Shown here piece after piece: positions 49,001 to 62,287 of a DNA stretch of 64,000 bases. The DNA is from Hemiscyllium ocellatum (taxonomy: Eukaryota). Location of the stretch: assembly GCF_020745735.1 (NCBI RefSeq), contig NC_083417.1, positions 71,982,001 to 72,046,000 of the forward strand. Reading direction: 5' to 3'. The notes below the pieces were generated by a model, which was not told the origin of the DNA, did not search any database, and saw only the letters and a list, made by a program, of their open reading frames with translations. How positions within the stretch are numbered: position 1 is the stretch's first letter; every line of letters starts with the position of its first letter. The position numbers were made by a program, and so were the translations under genes.

Positions 49001-50496
49001 GTTCATAAATATTTCCATACTGCAACTTCATGTAGATAGAATGGTTGCATCAACATAACGAGTTAAAGAGTTTAGTAAACTTTATCCACTTCTTAAAATC
49101 AGGATTTAAGATGAGACTCAAACTATGAGGAATATATATATTTATCAACAGTTGGAAACAAAATTGGGGATTAACCAAAATAAATATATACCTGTGAATT
49201 TAATCTCGAAGTAAACGTAAACTTCTCCTCAAAATCATACTTGGAAGCAGCGTTAAGTACGTTTCTAGTTTCAAGTTTATTATTGAAGCAATCCAAATAA
49301 TACGCTCTGCTTCTCAGGGAAATTCTGAGTGAACAGTTCTAAGTATTTAAGATTTCAATCCGACAGTGTGAGGAAGCACGTCATTTCTGAGACAGCATTT
49401 CATAATTCGTTCTACCTTAGTTTGCATTGGAATGTTTTCCTAATACCTGTTCCTCTTCTGGAGGATAATTATTTGCTCTCATTTTGCATTACTCACACAG
49501 TGCTGTAGCTGTATCCGTTCATGATAACTTGCACCTATTTGATAATCGATTTTGAAAACCAGACATTTATCTCTTGAAAAGAAAAACACATCTTTCCACG
49601 TTAAACTCCAAGACAAATCTAATGCATTTCATTTCCGATAGCTATCAAAATCAAGTGGAGCACTATTTAGGATACATTATCTGATTATAAATAGTCGGTA
49701 TAAAACAAGATTAAATACATTATGGCCTGGCTAGCTTTGATTGACCGCGGACGGCAGGTCTGATGTACACCAGCACAAGTTCGGTCTAAGTCTCCTTGAA
49801 CTGAAAAAAAAGACAAGCCTTCCTTTCGTCGCCAAACTGAATGCAGACTCCCTGCTGCTCTTGTTATCTATTATCGATGTAGACCTGCCTAATTTAACGT
49901 TGTTCATTACTCGTCAGTGACACTCACCGTGTACGATAAGCTTAGTCCCATTCCCATTGGAAGTCTTCCTACCGAAGACGCTGATGCGACAATAATAGAT
50001 TCCGGAGTCCCGGAAGCTCACATTCAGCAGATGGAACACAGAAAATGCTTTCTTGAACGGTAATATTATTTTCCTTTTGTCTGCTGTTGGATCCAAAGGT
50101 TTGATCTCTCCATCTTTCCGCCAGGACATGCCAACCGATAGTTTGGGATAGAAAAGCGGGATGGAGCAATACATTGACACGTTTGTACCTTCCACTGCAG
50201 TCAGGCACGCGGGGTATTGAGTCACAGACAAAGGGGTTTCGCCAGTACCTGCCAGAAATATATACAAGCGTTAGTTGCTCCTGTTTCATGAACCGAAAAA
50301 TGAAAAGTGGTCAAATAATGGTTTAGAAACTCAGCAAAACAAAATCCAATAATTCATCATGAAAACGAAGCGGCCAGTTTTGAGTTCTCAGTATTTCCAT
50401 TCATAATCCGATCCGCTAGATGAATGTAAATATTTATAGACCTGCATAAATTACTCCTAGGACTGAGAGACAGCAGAGCACATGAAACACAGGCAT
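42950..50496 (-). CDS. Gene C: VJ-C1 IgSF receptor, inhibitory type, diverged V domain
   Basis: Exons 50442-50496, 49928-50248, 46262-46543, 44522-44635, 44207-44250, 43749-43859 and 42950-43096. Same lengths and phases as gene B; frame open. Confidence 0.82.
44522..44635 (-). CDS. Gene C transmembrane exon
   Basis: Same translation as gene B TM. Confidence 0.85.
46262..46543 (-). CDS. Gene C C1-set exon
   Basis: LFCTTAGFFPGQFELVWYKNFS...YTCQISH. Confidence 0.92.
49928..50248 (-). CDS. Gene C VJ-type V exon
   Basis: SVTQYPACLTAVEGTNVSMYCSIPLFYPKLSVGMSW...YYCRISVFGRKTSNGNGTKLIVH. Confidence 0.93.
50442..50496 (-). CDS. Gene C leader exon MPVFHVLCCLSVLGVIYA
   Basis: ATG at 50496-50494; phase-1 donor. 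Confidence 0.75.
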
Positions 50497-52379
50497 TCTG
50501 GGCAGGGAAGATGTCCTGGAGTAGGAAGACAGCAAGATCCAACGAAGCTCGATGGAAACATTATTACCATCTGGGACTCCCTGATGCATTCATGTCTGAG
50601 ACAACCTCAATGGGTTGGTTCTGTTTAAAAGACGGATCGACGGTAGTAGGTGTTGCAAGATGAGGAAGGCTCATGTCTGATTGGTGACTAAGAGAAGATC
50701 AATTATTTTTTGCATGATGTGAAAGATTTCTATTTGAGACAACCCTTGACAAAGTTCAGTATTGTCCGACCTATGGTAGTTGCGTGATTTGGGACTGGGG
50801 CGGGGATCTGGCCCAGCGGCAGTACGAAGTTTGACAGAGGTGGTGATGAAATAAATATGCGTGCCCCGATCTTACAGCTGGAGCGGATGCCATACACTTG
50901 CATTACATGGCTGAGGTACAACAGGGAGAAAGAAGTGGTCAGTGGTTAATTTCTGGAGGTGTTATTGGCATAGTAGAGCCATGTGGGTGCAGTAAACCCA
51001 CCGATTCCGGGCGAATCTGAGACAATGACTGGATAATGTGGATGGAAATGAATGGGGCCTATAAATTTCAACTGCACATTGGAGGATAGGTGGAGATGAA
51101 AAGTGTGGTGGTCTTCTCTCTTATAATCCAAAGAGGTGACGGGAGCCGACATGGAAGGGATTCAGTGGTCAGCAGAACATTTGTGAATTTCTTTATTTTG
51201 GTTTATTCAAAATTGAAAATTTATTCAAATTCATTTCTGATTAGTGAGGTTTAAGCATAAAATTGTTGCAAACATGCTCAGTTTTAGAAATTGGTAAGAA
51301 TACAGCGCTTAGAGATATTTCCCAGTACGGAGAAATCAACCAACAGGTTTTGAGACAATTTTGAACGTTAGAGGATGGATTTGTGTTTGGGGCGCAGTGG
51401 TCAGTGAGGATGATATAATGTAAATCAAAATGGTTGTAGGAATGAAAGTTAAATCATGAGTTATTTGTGATTATTAGGATTGAAAGAGCAGGAAAGAATG
51501 GAACGAATGATTTTGTAAAGACCATGCGAGCTGGGAGAGTTCAAGGCAGGAAAATATCCAGTGACTAATCCAAATTGGAGGGACATTGAGGACACTGCAG
51601 CATGTTTGAATTTCTTTCCCAAAGGATACCAGTGAACAAGATTTTGCATATTTTTGACAACAGTGATTAAAAAAGTCATCGCTGTATCAGCCTTTCTTCT
51701 CCATTTTGTTTCAAATTAAACTTCAGTTTCACAATCGGTCGTGGTGTAGGTGAACCCGTGTCGAACAAATAGTGAATTAACTTGCGTAGTTACTAACCCC
51801 ATGACACACCATATGGCACTGGCGGCCGATCTTATATGCAAAACGTTTGATTCAAATGCAGCAGATTTATTCAAAGTCGTAACTGCTACTGTTCGCCACC
51901 TTCTGTTCGACACCTGTTTGATTTAACCAAGCTATGTCAACGGTAAAAGCCGCGTGAAAGCCACTTTACTATTGAACGCAAAAAAAAAGTTGGAATTGAA
52001 AGGCTGACATGATGTTCTTGTAACACATTGATTATGGTCAAAACAAAACATTTCTTCAAAGGAACTAGGAATTTACGTTCAACGTCCAGTACAGCACCAA
52101 ATTCTTTCCTGTTTTGTTGATCATGTTCGCAAATCAGCACGACTTGATTACATCATGTTATGTTCTCTATCGCTCGAGAGGCGATTTCAGGATTCATTAT
52201 TAAGAACGCTCCTCTACTAATATTTACCCTATCTTTCTTGAAAACCTTTAAACACGGTAGCATTGGTTATCAGCGCTGTTTAGTTGTTATGTCTCAGCAA
52301 TGTCATATACTCCAACTCAAGTTGTCTCAGGTATTTATTTAATCATTCTTTATCTGTTGTAGTTTAAAGAATGACGAAC

Positions 52380-54680
52380 AATACTGCCCATGAAGAAAGA
52401 TTAATACTCATTCTGGAAGCTCTGGTGATGGGATTACATAATCAGTTCAGATGTGGCCATGTTAGGAATGTATGGTTCTGGGTGACCCATGCCACAATGT
52501 AAGGTGATGAGATCCGATGTTGCACATCCAGGGTGATGACGTTGATTGTTTTTCTGTTTGTACAAATAGTGGCCTACGTGGATGGAAGTACAGTACAACA
52601 CACAAAATGAGGATGGTAGTGTGGTGGTAAGCCATTTCCAAAATTTTATGTTCAGATGTGTTATATCTAAATTATCCCTCTTCTTTGTTGCCACAATTCT
52701 GCAACTGGCCGGAAGGGCGATGAGGTCCATTTCAGGATGAGCGCAGTCTGGAAGGCGACCAGGGCAGGGATATAGAGTTCTTTGCCATAAGCAGTGATGC
52801 TGGGTCCAAATCAGCACTCGAGGTTGCTGGAGTAAATTTCATGAAGGCAAGGCGACATGCTGAACTCTGTAACTGACTCCCGTGATTTGTGTTACATGAA
52901 TGATTTTATTTGCTGATGTTGTCTATTTCAAATTGAGTTCAACAATTACCTTTAGCAAATCATGGAGGGGAGACACAGCGATGGTAATTCATTGAATTTC
53001 AAAGGCCAGTTTTTAGATTCCGTCTTATTGGAGATGGTCATTTTCCGTCAGATTTGTTACTTGCCAGTTGTCCGGCCAGGACTGGATGCTATCAATATTT
53101 TGTTACATTTGGACGGAGACTGATTCAGTGTCTGAGAAGTGGTCGGGGGAGCTGAACTTTGCACAAACATCGCCAGTTATTCAGTATTCTGACATCAGGA
53201 TGAGGGAAAGCCGAGATGACTGACTCCTGATCAGCTTCAAGATCTTTCATTGTGCGAGCTAAGACTTCAACGAGCAGAGAGTTTTCACCTAATTTCCATT
53301 TGGTTTTATTTTTATGGAACTTCTTAGAATGGCTCAGTGCTGACCTTCTCCCAAAAGCAGTTACTTTCACCTCCTCTGCGGTGTTTAGTTCTTTCTGTGT
53401 TTGAAAGGAAGGCTGTAATGCAGTCAGGGTCTCTGTGGCCCTGGCGGCACCTGAAGTGGGCGTCACTGAGCAGCTTATCAGTGAGCAAGCGCTACTTCAT
53501 AGCCATGTTGATGATATCTTCCAACACTGTATTGGTGACATGGAAAGTTATTTCAATTGAGTGGGCTTCTAATACCTTTTGCGCGCATAGGCATACTGCA
53601 GATGCTTTGCCAAATTTTGACGGAGATGCCAGTGTTGCAGTCGTCCTGGATTAGTTTGGCTCGGGTTGTGACAAGTTCTCGAACACAACTCTTCAATACG
53701 TTTGCCGGAATGGTGTCATGTCCCATAGTCTTTGTAGTACCTATTTACTTGAAACGTATTTTCTTGACATCACGACGAACGATACTTGTGATTTGCATTT
53801 ACGATGCCGGGAAATACTTGAGGAGACCAAGATGGTTCATCGACTTGTTCCTGAAGATTGTTATTTCTTGCAAAGCCTTTTCTTTTTCATTGATTTGCTG
53901 TGCTTCGTATTCATTGGGATGTTTGTGGAGCTTCCATCTCCAATTACTTGTTTAATGTCAACCAATGTTTATGACTGGATGTGTCAGGATTGCAGAGCTT
54001 TGATCTGGTGCCTTTGTTGTGGGGTTCTCTCTTCGAATTGATGTCTATGCTGCCTGACATGCAATTTGCCCTGTTTCGTAGTTTTGTCATATTTTTACCC
54101 CATATTCAGGTATTCCTGGTGCTACTCTAGGCATTTCTTCCTGCGCATTCTTTGACATTGCATTTGATCCCCTGGCTTGATAGGGTTGACAGAGTGGCGA
54201 ATCTGCTGTGCCATACTTTGCAGATTGGTGTGAATATAATTCGATTGTTGCCGATGGCCCACAACATCTCATGGATACCGTGCTTTCAGTTATTATACCT
54301 GTTCCAAATCTACCTCATTGAGCACGATTGTGGTGCCACACAACACGAAAATGTCGATGCTCACTCTAAGATGCGACTTCATATTCTCAAGAACAGTCAG
54401 TGGTCTCTCGTATGGATACAGTTATGGTCAGATGTATCTGCGACAGTCGGGTTGTTGAAGCTGAGGACAGTTTTGTCCCCTCTTTTTGGCACACTTCCTC
54501 CCCAAATACCACCAACCCAGTTAACCACCTTTTGTACTCGGCCAATCTGGATAGTACTTGGACTGCCGAACCCTCATGATAATAGACATTGAAGTTACTC
54601 GCTCAAGGTACACCCAGCACTCTTGACCCAGTCACTGCTTTCTCCAAGTGCTCATCAACAGGGATTCTTGTTGACTAATT
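52380..54680 (-). mobile_element. Decayed LINE (endonuclease/RT), unit 3 copy
   Basis: Paralog of 9890-12200. Confidence 0.72.
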
Positions 54681-55479
54681 TTTACCGGCTTGCAGGATGT
54701 CACTGTTGTCGCAGCATCTGGTCTGACATTAAATTTTAACCTGCTTCAGAATCAGTGAAATTAAATTGTTAATCTTGTTTAGTCTCATCGCTTCTGATCA
54801 ATCGTGAGGCATCGTCAACAGCATTGGGACAGAGTGCTTTTCCAACATTTGTTTATGATATTTCAGCCTCGTCTACTCATGTGGCTGACCAAATTCTTGA
54901 GTCTGCTTGATAATGCTGAATAATGAAGGGGTGTTAACGCACTGTAATAGGTGCATTCTTGTCTCCAAGGACACCCTAATGTCATTGATCCCTTACTATG
55001 TTTAACTAACGTCCCAGAAGAGAACAAAGACTATCGAGATCTAAAGATGGAAATGCTCCAGAAACGCAAGAGATTTGCCATCTCCGTATGAGAGAGAAAC
55101 AGAGTTGATGTTTCCTGTCTGGCATGTGACTGTTCCGGGAAATCCAGTCCACAGACAGTTTCTGAATTTATCCAGCAATGTCTCATTTTATTTTAAATTG
55201 TCACCATGTTCAGGGGTATGAGTTTATTTTATCACCCCAAAACCAAATGGAATACTATTGATCTTTGTTTTCAACGTTTTTCAATTTTCAGTAATGACCA
55301 TTCAGTACTGCGGCATTGGCAGAATGGTAATCATTTAATAATCGTATTGTTTTGGATGGAGCTCGAAATTGCCCACTGGTGGCATTGGAAGGCACTGTCA
55401 ATAAAAAAAAGCCAGAATGCGTTTTTTTACATCTCTGGCTGATAGTTTTGCATCTTCTATAGTCACAGGCGAGGTTTGT

Positions 55480-57355
55480 TAGACTAGATGGTTGTGAAAG
55501 TTGTGCCCTTTTTCAAGAAAACCTGGGAACAGGAGACCAGTAAGCAGAACATCTGTGGTGGTACGTTACTTGAAAAGATTCTGAGGGTAAGATATGCATG
55601 CATTTGTATGCATTTATATGTCATGTTGCTGTTGCACAGGACATTGGTTAGGCCACTTTTGTAATATTGCGTGCAATTCTGGTCTCCTTCTTCGGGGGCA
55701 GATGATGTGAAACTTGGCAGGGTTCAGAAAAGATTTACAAGGATGTTGCCAAGCTTGGAGAATTGTAGCTCTCGGGAGAGGCTGTGTAGGCTGCGGCTGT
55801 TTTCCCTGGAGCGTCGGATGCTGAGGGGTGACCTTATATAGGTTTATAACATCATGAGAGGCATGAATAGGATAAATAGACAAAGTTTCTTCACTGGGGT
55901 TGGCCGTCGAGGACTAGAGGACATAGGTTTAGGGTTAGAGGGGAAAAATATGAAAGAGACCTAAGGGACAACTTTTTCACAGAGAGGGTGGCACAAGTAT
56001 GGAATGTGCTACCAGTGGATGTGGTGGAAGCTCGTACAATTGCAACATTTCAAAGGCATCTGCATGGGTATATGAATAGGAAGGTTTTGGAGGTATAGAG
56101 GCAGGGTGCTGGCAGGTGGGAGTAGATTTGGTTCGGATATCTGGTAGGCATGGACTAGTTGTTTCCATGCTGTACATCTCAATGAGTCTGTGACGGGTTT
56201 GATGAGGGATAATCGACATACCTTTGTGCGTGGGAGATCCTGCCTCGGAAATATAGTGTTTTTTTTCACGAAGTGGCCAGCAAGCGACGAGGGCGGGGTG
56301 GTAAACATAGTCTGTATGGTTTTCTGTAAGGCATTTGATGAGGTTTCACGTGGTAATTTGCTCTAATTTGCTGGCATGGAATCCAGGGGAGCAGGCAAAT
56401 TGGATACACAGTTGGCTCGATTGTAGGTAGCTGAGGGGAATAGTGGAAGGATGTTTGTCGGACGGAGGCCTGTGACAAGTGGGGTGCCTCAGAGGTCGGT
56501 GCTGTATCTATTACTGTTTGTTTTTGATATCAACGATTTGGACAGTAATGTACAGACATGATTAGCAACTTTGTGGATGACACTAACATAGACCGTATCG
56601 TGCACAGTGAGGAAGGTTATTAGAAATTTCAGCAGGAACTTGATCAGCTGGGATATTGGGCCAAGAAATAGCGAATGCGGTTCAGTGTAGAAAAGTGTGA
56701 GGTCTTGCATTTTGGCAAGTCAAATCAAGGTAAGAGTTCCATATCGAACGATAAGACCTTAAGGATTGTACTGCAACAGAAGGGCCTTGGAGATCAGGAG
56801 CATGGTTCTCTGCAAGTAGACAGGTAGACAGGGCAGTGAAGAAGGCTTTTGGCACACTGGCCTTCATTAGTCAGTGCACTGAGTATAAAAGTTGTGAAAT
56901 TATGTTGCAGTTATAAAGGACGTTGCTGAGGTTGACTTGGCGTATTGTGTTCCAGTTTTAGTCACGTTGTTATAGGGAGGATGTTATTAAACTAGAAAGA
57001 GTGCAGAAGAAATTTGCAAGGAAGTTTCCAGGACTCAACTAACTGAATTGTTGGGAGAGGTTGGCCAAACTCGGACTTTTTACTTTATAACAAAGGAGAC
57101 CGAGGTTTTCTTTGAAATGTACAAAATCAAAAGGAGCATGGATAGGTTGAATAAGCTCAGTCTTTTCCACCGGGTTGGCGAATTGCAGACTAGAGGGTAT
57201 CACTTAACGCTTAGAGGGGAAAGAATAAAAGTGAACCTGAGGGCAACTTTTTTACAGAGTGTGGTACTCATATGGAATGAAGTGACAGCAGAAGTGGTTG
57301 AGGCAGGTGCAGTAATAACATTTAAGGGGCATTTGGACAAATACATGGTTAGGCA
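55480..57355 (+). mobile_element. CR1 fragments, unit 3 copy
   Basis: Paralog of 12990-14880. Confidence 0.85.
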
Positions 57356-58797
57356 AACTACAACAAATTAAAATTCCAACATAGTAAATAAGCAAAGAAT
57401 CGGATTGCATTAAATTTTTAGACATAAATAATTGTAAATAATTTAATAGATTTTATATATTTCTGCCCTGCCGCTGTAAGCCAACACTCAGTGTATTGCG
57501 TTCAATTTTGATTTCTTTACTTCCGAAATTGCTGGTTTGAAGACGTGCACTGCATGCTCTTTAGATTCACCCGCAATATCAGAAGACTATTCTATTGAAC
57601 AAGATTTAATTCATAAACCTATATTCCCTGACATTTAGTATAATCCAAGGCGAAATTATTGAAGGTTTAAAAAAGAATGGCTTCATCAGCTTAATTCATG
57701 TTTCAAGCTTTGCTCTTGGATCAGATCGGAACTTGTTCTCCAAAAGACCTGCTCATTCTGGACCCGGATGAGCAGCTGTTCCTTCTCCCCTCAGTGTTGT
57801 AAGGTCTATAGAAGCTTCTACGTTAGATGAATATGATTTTCTCAGCTTAAAGGACACTTCTAAATGGCAACATGGACCATCCTGCTCAGTTTTTTTTTTC
57901 TTGTTTGAAAAGCATCTGACACATCAAATTATTGTGAAAATACCCCACAAATTCAACTATTCAGGACAGATAAGGATATATTTTTGGTTTTACTGTGGGA
58001 ATCAAGGAACGTGCAGGGAATGTAGAAAGATGGAATGGAGGTGATTATCAGCAAACATCCGAACAAATAGCGTAGTCCCATTCTTATTCCTGTTGATATA
58101 TTGTATTAAATGTAAACAAAACATTAATGGACTGGGCACGCAGTACTGATTTGCATATATGGGCAATAGTGAAGTTAAAGAAAAGAGAGAGTCTAACAAA
58201 AATAATAGATATGTTCAAGCGAAAACAGAACACCTAGATAATATATAGGGCGTCTAATTTGTCATCACAAGGAATGGATCGAAGTGAGGATGGATTTGAG
58301 GTAAATTCAGACCAGTTCACGAGGTATCCCTTAATAAACACTATTGCATTGTAGTTTGTGACGTAAAGAGAGTTGGGAGGATGATGGTGTGGAGCATACT
58401 AAATGGCTCAGTCCTGTTGAGTTCCCGTGCTTTAAAGATTAAGATCATCTGCTTAGCAATGCTATGCGACATGACTGACCAAGTAAATCGTCTGATCAAA
58501 TAAAATCTAATTGGACAACGGTCTTCGATATTCTGCATTCCCATTTAAAATGTATGCCAGTAATGCATTTATTCAATTGATTCTCGTGCTTTTGCAGGAT
58601 TCGTGAGATTTGCACAAAATGAAACCAAAAAAAATTTATTTATCACAATCCAGTTTTTGTTACAACTCCCACTCCTTCTTCCACTTCCATTCAGTGACGG
58701 TGTAGTTCATGAGCAACTTAACGCATAAAGTTACCCTTTGTATTCAACTAATGCAACTTCCCCGAGTAACTGTAATATCATTGAACATTGTTGGAGT

Positions 58798-59850
58798 TCA
58801 TGGATTCCAGGGGTTCCCGCTTCCCTTGCACATCTCGACCCCTGCATACTCCGCCGGTTCGTTCCTCTGTTTTCGTCTTGACATTTTCTCGAAGGTGGTG
58901 AGATTCAAAGACGCATTCATCAGTTCACCAACTGTGCGGTGCTTAGCCTGCGTGAGAACGAATGAATTATGAGGACGTCTTCTGACTCTGTTTAATAAAA
59001 TCATTCAGGTTGTCCGTGTACATTACTGAGATCGGATTTATATTAGAGTGATCCCGGTTGGAATTGTTAATTTTCAACACAGTACCTGCGCATCGACAAC
59101 TCTTCCTTCATTAACGGTCTCCCGGTTTTTCTTGGGTCGCTGAAGTTGAGAACCTCATAAATCGGACTCACTGTTTCTCTGACGCATTTGATCTGAGGAG
59201 AAGTTTGCGGAAACTTTCGCCACATGTGAATTTAGAAAGAAAGGTACTGTAAACGCAATAGTATTACATGTTGGGGGTGATCAGTTGCTGCATATCAGGG
59301 CTGTGCGATCACCGGTGCCAAGCCCAGCAGCTCTTATTCCGACCCGTTCACAGAAATAATCATTCAAGTTCCTCACCCAAAGTATGTCCTGCACTCTTGT
59401 CCTCAAAGTCATCCTTAATAAACGGGGGTCCAGCAAATCAGTGAAAACAAAACACTTACATATTTGCAAAGAGGTATCAGCCAGAACAGCCAAGTGTATG
59501 ATCCATCTTGATTTCCTCCTGTGCTCCACAGTATTACAAATGCCCGTCTCCAGGCAATCCAATACACTTCATTTGCAATCATTAAACAGTCGGAGAGACT
59601 GGAGATTACAAATGCACTGTGACAGCAGACTTCTGCTCCAGAATTTGCCGCAACGCTAGCCAAGCTGTTCTGTATAACCACAACCCAGGCATCTGTGCAA
59701 AACTGCAGAAAAGAATCGGGGTGTGTCCACATATGCGAATAGTATGATAAAGCAAATACTGTCCCATCAATCTACGACCTGTTATCTGCTTTTTCCACTC
59801 AGCACCTGATTTCATTCCAGACTTTACAGGACTCTTTGCAATTCTCCAGG
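58798..59850 (-). pseudogene. Orphan tail cassette, unit 3 (A' 59086-59192; B' 58798-58947 open)
   Basis: B' is 150 nt, in frame, with LMNASL and AEYAGV. Confidence 0.75.
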
Positions 59851-62182
59851 AGCTTCTGGTTTTATTGTAGATTTCCATCATTTGCAGCACTCTGGTTTGT
59901 TTTAATCAGACGTTTGGGAAAAGCATAATATGATTAGGCAGAGTCAAAGGGGACTATTAGGTGAAAAATTATAGTGGGTAGTTCCATGACATTTCTTGAC
60001 GATACAATTGTTAGGACAGATGAGAGGGAAGTACTGGTTACGTTTAGAGAACAAAGAATGCGCTCACGTTTGACAGGAAAGGTTATTAGAAATAATCTGA
60101 CTCATGAGATTTGAGATAATATATTACCATAGATTGAACATTAGCGATCAGGTAGAAAATGGAAAAGTCAACGATTTTTACTTTGTGGGATGGGAAGGTA
60201 AAGCATTTTCCAGTGCAGGGTCACAAGGATTTGTGGTTGAGACGCAGCAAGCTACAATCTGTATCAGTGACCGATATGAAGTTAGGCAAATGTAATTAGT
60301 TCAGATGCCCTACAATATGGAAACAGGCCCTTCAGCCCAACAAGTCCACACACACCCTCCGAAGTGTAACTCACCCAAACCTACTCCCGTACCCCATTTG
60401 TAACCATGACTATTGCACCTAACATTATGGGCAATTTAGCATGGCCAATTCACCTGACCCGCACATCTTTGGATTGTGGGAGGAAACCAGACCACCCGGA
60501 GGAAACCCATATGCAGACACGGGGAGAATGTGCAAACTCCACACAGACAGTTGTCGGGGCAGGAATCGAACGCAGGATCAAAACACATTGAGGCCGCAGT
60601 GCCAACCACAGAGCCCCCATGCACCATGAAAAGCTGCTAACATTGCCCAATAACCACTCAAATTATGTAATGTAGAATCCCTAGAGTGTAGGAAGAGGAT
60701 ATTCGGCTCAACAAACCCAGACCCATTCCCCAGACTAGTTTACTTAACTTGCACGCTAAGCACACTTTGACATGACCAATTCATCTAACATGCCTGTCTA
60801 TGAATTTTTGGGGGAAAACGGAATGACCGGAAGAAAGTCGCGCATAGAATTGGAAACTCCACAAAGTCACCCGAAACAGGTGTCGAAGGCGGGTCGCTGA
60901 CACCGTGAAATAGCAGCGCTAACCACTGAACCACTGTGCTGCCCTGCGGCGCTGCCTTTTGGGAAGGCAAATCAGCGCAGAAATTTTACACTTAATGGTA
61001 AGGTTCTGGGGAGTGTGACTGAACAAAGAGACCTTGGAGTGCAGTCGCAGGCTGACAGGATAGGGAAGAGGATGTTTGATACACTTGTCTTTATTGGTCA
61101 ATGCATTGCACGTAAGAGTTGGGTGGTCATGTTGCGGCTGGAGACATGTCGTTGGTTTGGATGTTGTGAAACTTGAAAGGGGTAAGAAAACAATGACATG
61201 AATGTTGCCAGTGTTGGAAGTTTTGAGCGAGAGAGAGAGAGGTTGAACAGGCTGGAGCTATTTTCACTGAGGCGTCGGAAGCTGATGGGTGACCTCATAG
61301 AGGTTTATAAAACCATGAGGGTCATGGAGAGTGTAAATAGACAAGGTCTTTTCCCCAGAGTGGGGGAGTCTAAAACTAGAGGGCGTAGCATTATGGCGAG
61401 AAAGGAAATATTTTAAAAGGACCTAAGGGGGAACTTATTCACGCAGAGAGTGGTGCGTGTATGGAATGTGCTTCCAGAGGAAGTGGCGGAGATTGGTACA
61501 ATAACAACATTTAGAAGGCACATGGGTGGGTTAATGGGTCGGTAGGGTTTAAAGTGATGTGGCTAAAATACTGGCTGATGGGACTTCATTAATGTAGAAT
61601 CCCTGTTCGGCTTGGACAAATTGGACCGTTTCCGTGATGTACTTAATGACTCTGAGTGACTCTAAGCTCTATATTATAACTTTGTGACTCTGAGCGATTA
61701 CTCGTTTTCAATCAGTGTTTTCAGTCAAGACCGTCTCTTGATCGAGGAACCACGCAAGAGCTAGAGCACAGTTTGTGAAGTGTGAAGTTATATCTTTTGA
61801 AGTGATTAAAGTGAGTAACGAAAATGTATATGATGCCGAAGGCCTGGGGAAATTTGTTTCACGGTCATTTAGGAGACTTAAGGAGGAACCAGAACAAATA
61901 ATCATTCCAATACAGTAAGCAATCAGGGAATCTGATCACGTGTCAGTTCTGATTAGACACGAATTATAATATACAACTTAAAGAGATTTTACACAATTGT
62001 GCAGTACTTCAATAAGATGGCATTCATTGTATTGATTTCAATTTTGAATACTTTACGAAAGAAAGCATACCCTTGTTTTGAAAACCAGACACCAAATGTT
62101 TTTTTTTAGATTCACGCAAGGTTTCAGAGAATTCTTCTGTGCAGCAAGGTTTAATTCATCACATTAACTAACTTTAACCAGA

Positions 62183-62287
62183 GTAAAAACCCTTCCTGAT
62201 GAAGGGCTTATGCTCGAAACGTCGAATTCTCTATTCCTGAGATGCTGCCTGGCCTGCTGTGCTTTGACCAGCAACACATTTTCAGCT
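62183..62287 (+). mobile_element. 105-bp Penelope-derived insertion with perfect 14-bp TSD
   Basis: TAACTTTAACCAGA at 62169-62182 and 62288-62301. Confidence 0.8.

Noticed and set aside
59440-59530. GGNQDGSYTWLFWLIPLCKY as a second TM exon
   Set aside because: The hydrophobic stretch is too short, its order relative to other cassette exons is wrong, and the donor is absent in unit 1.
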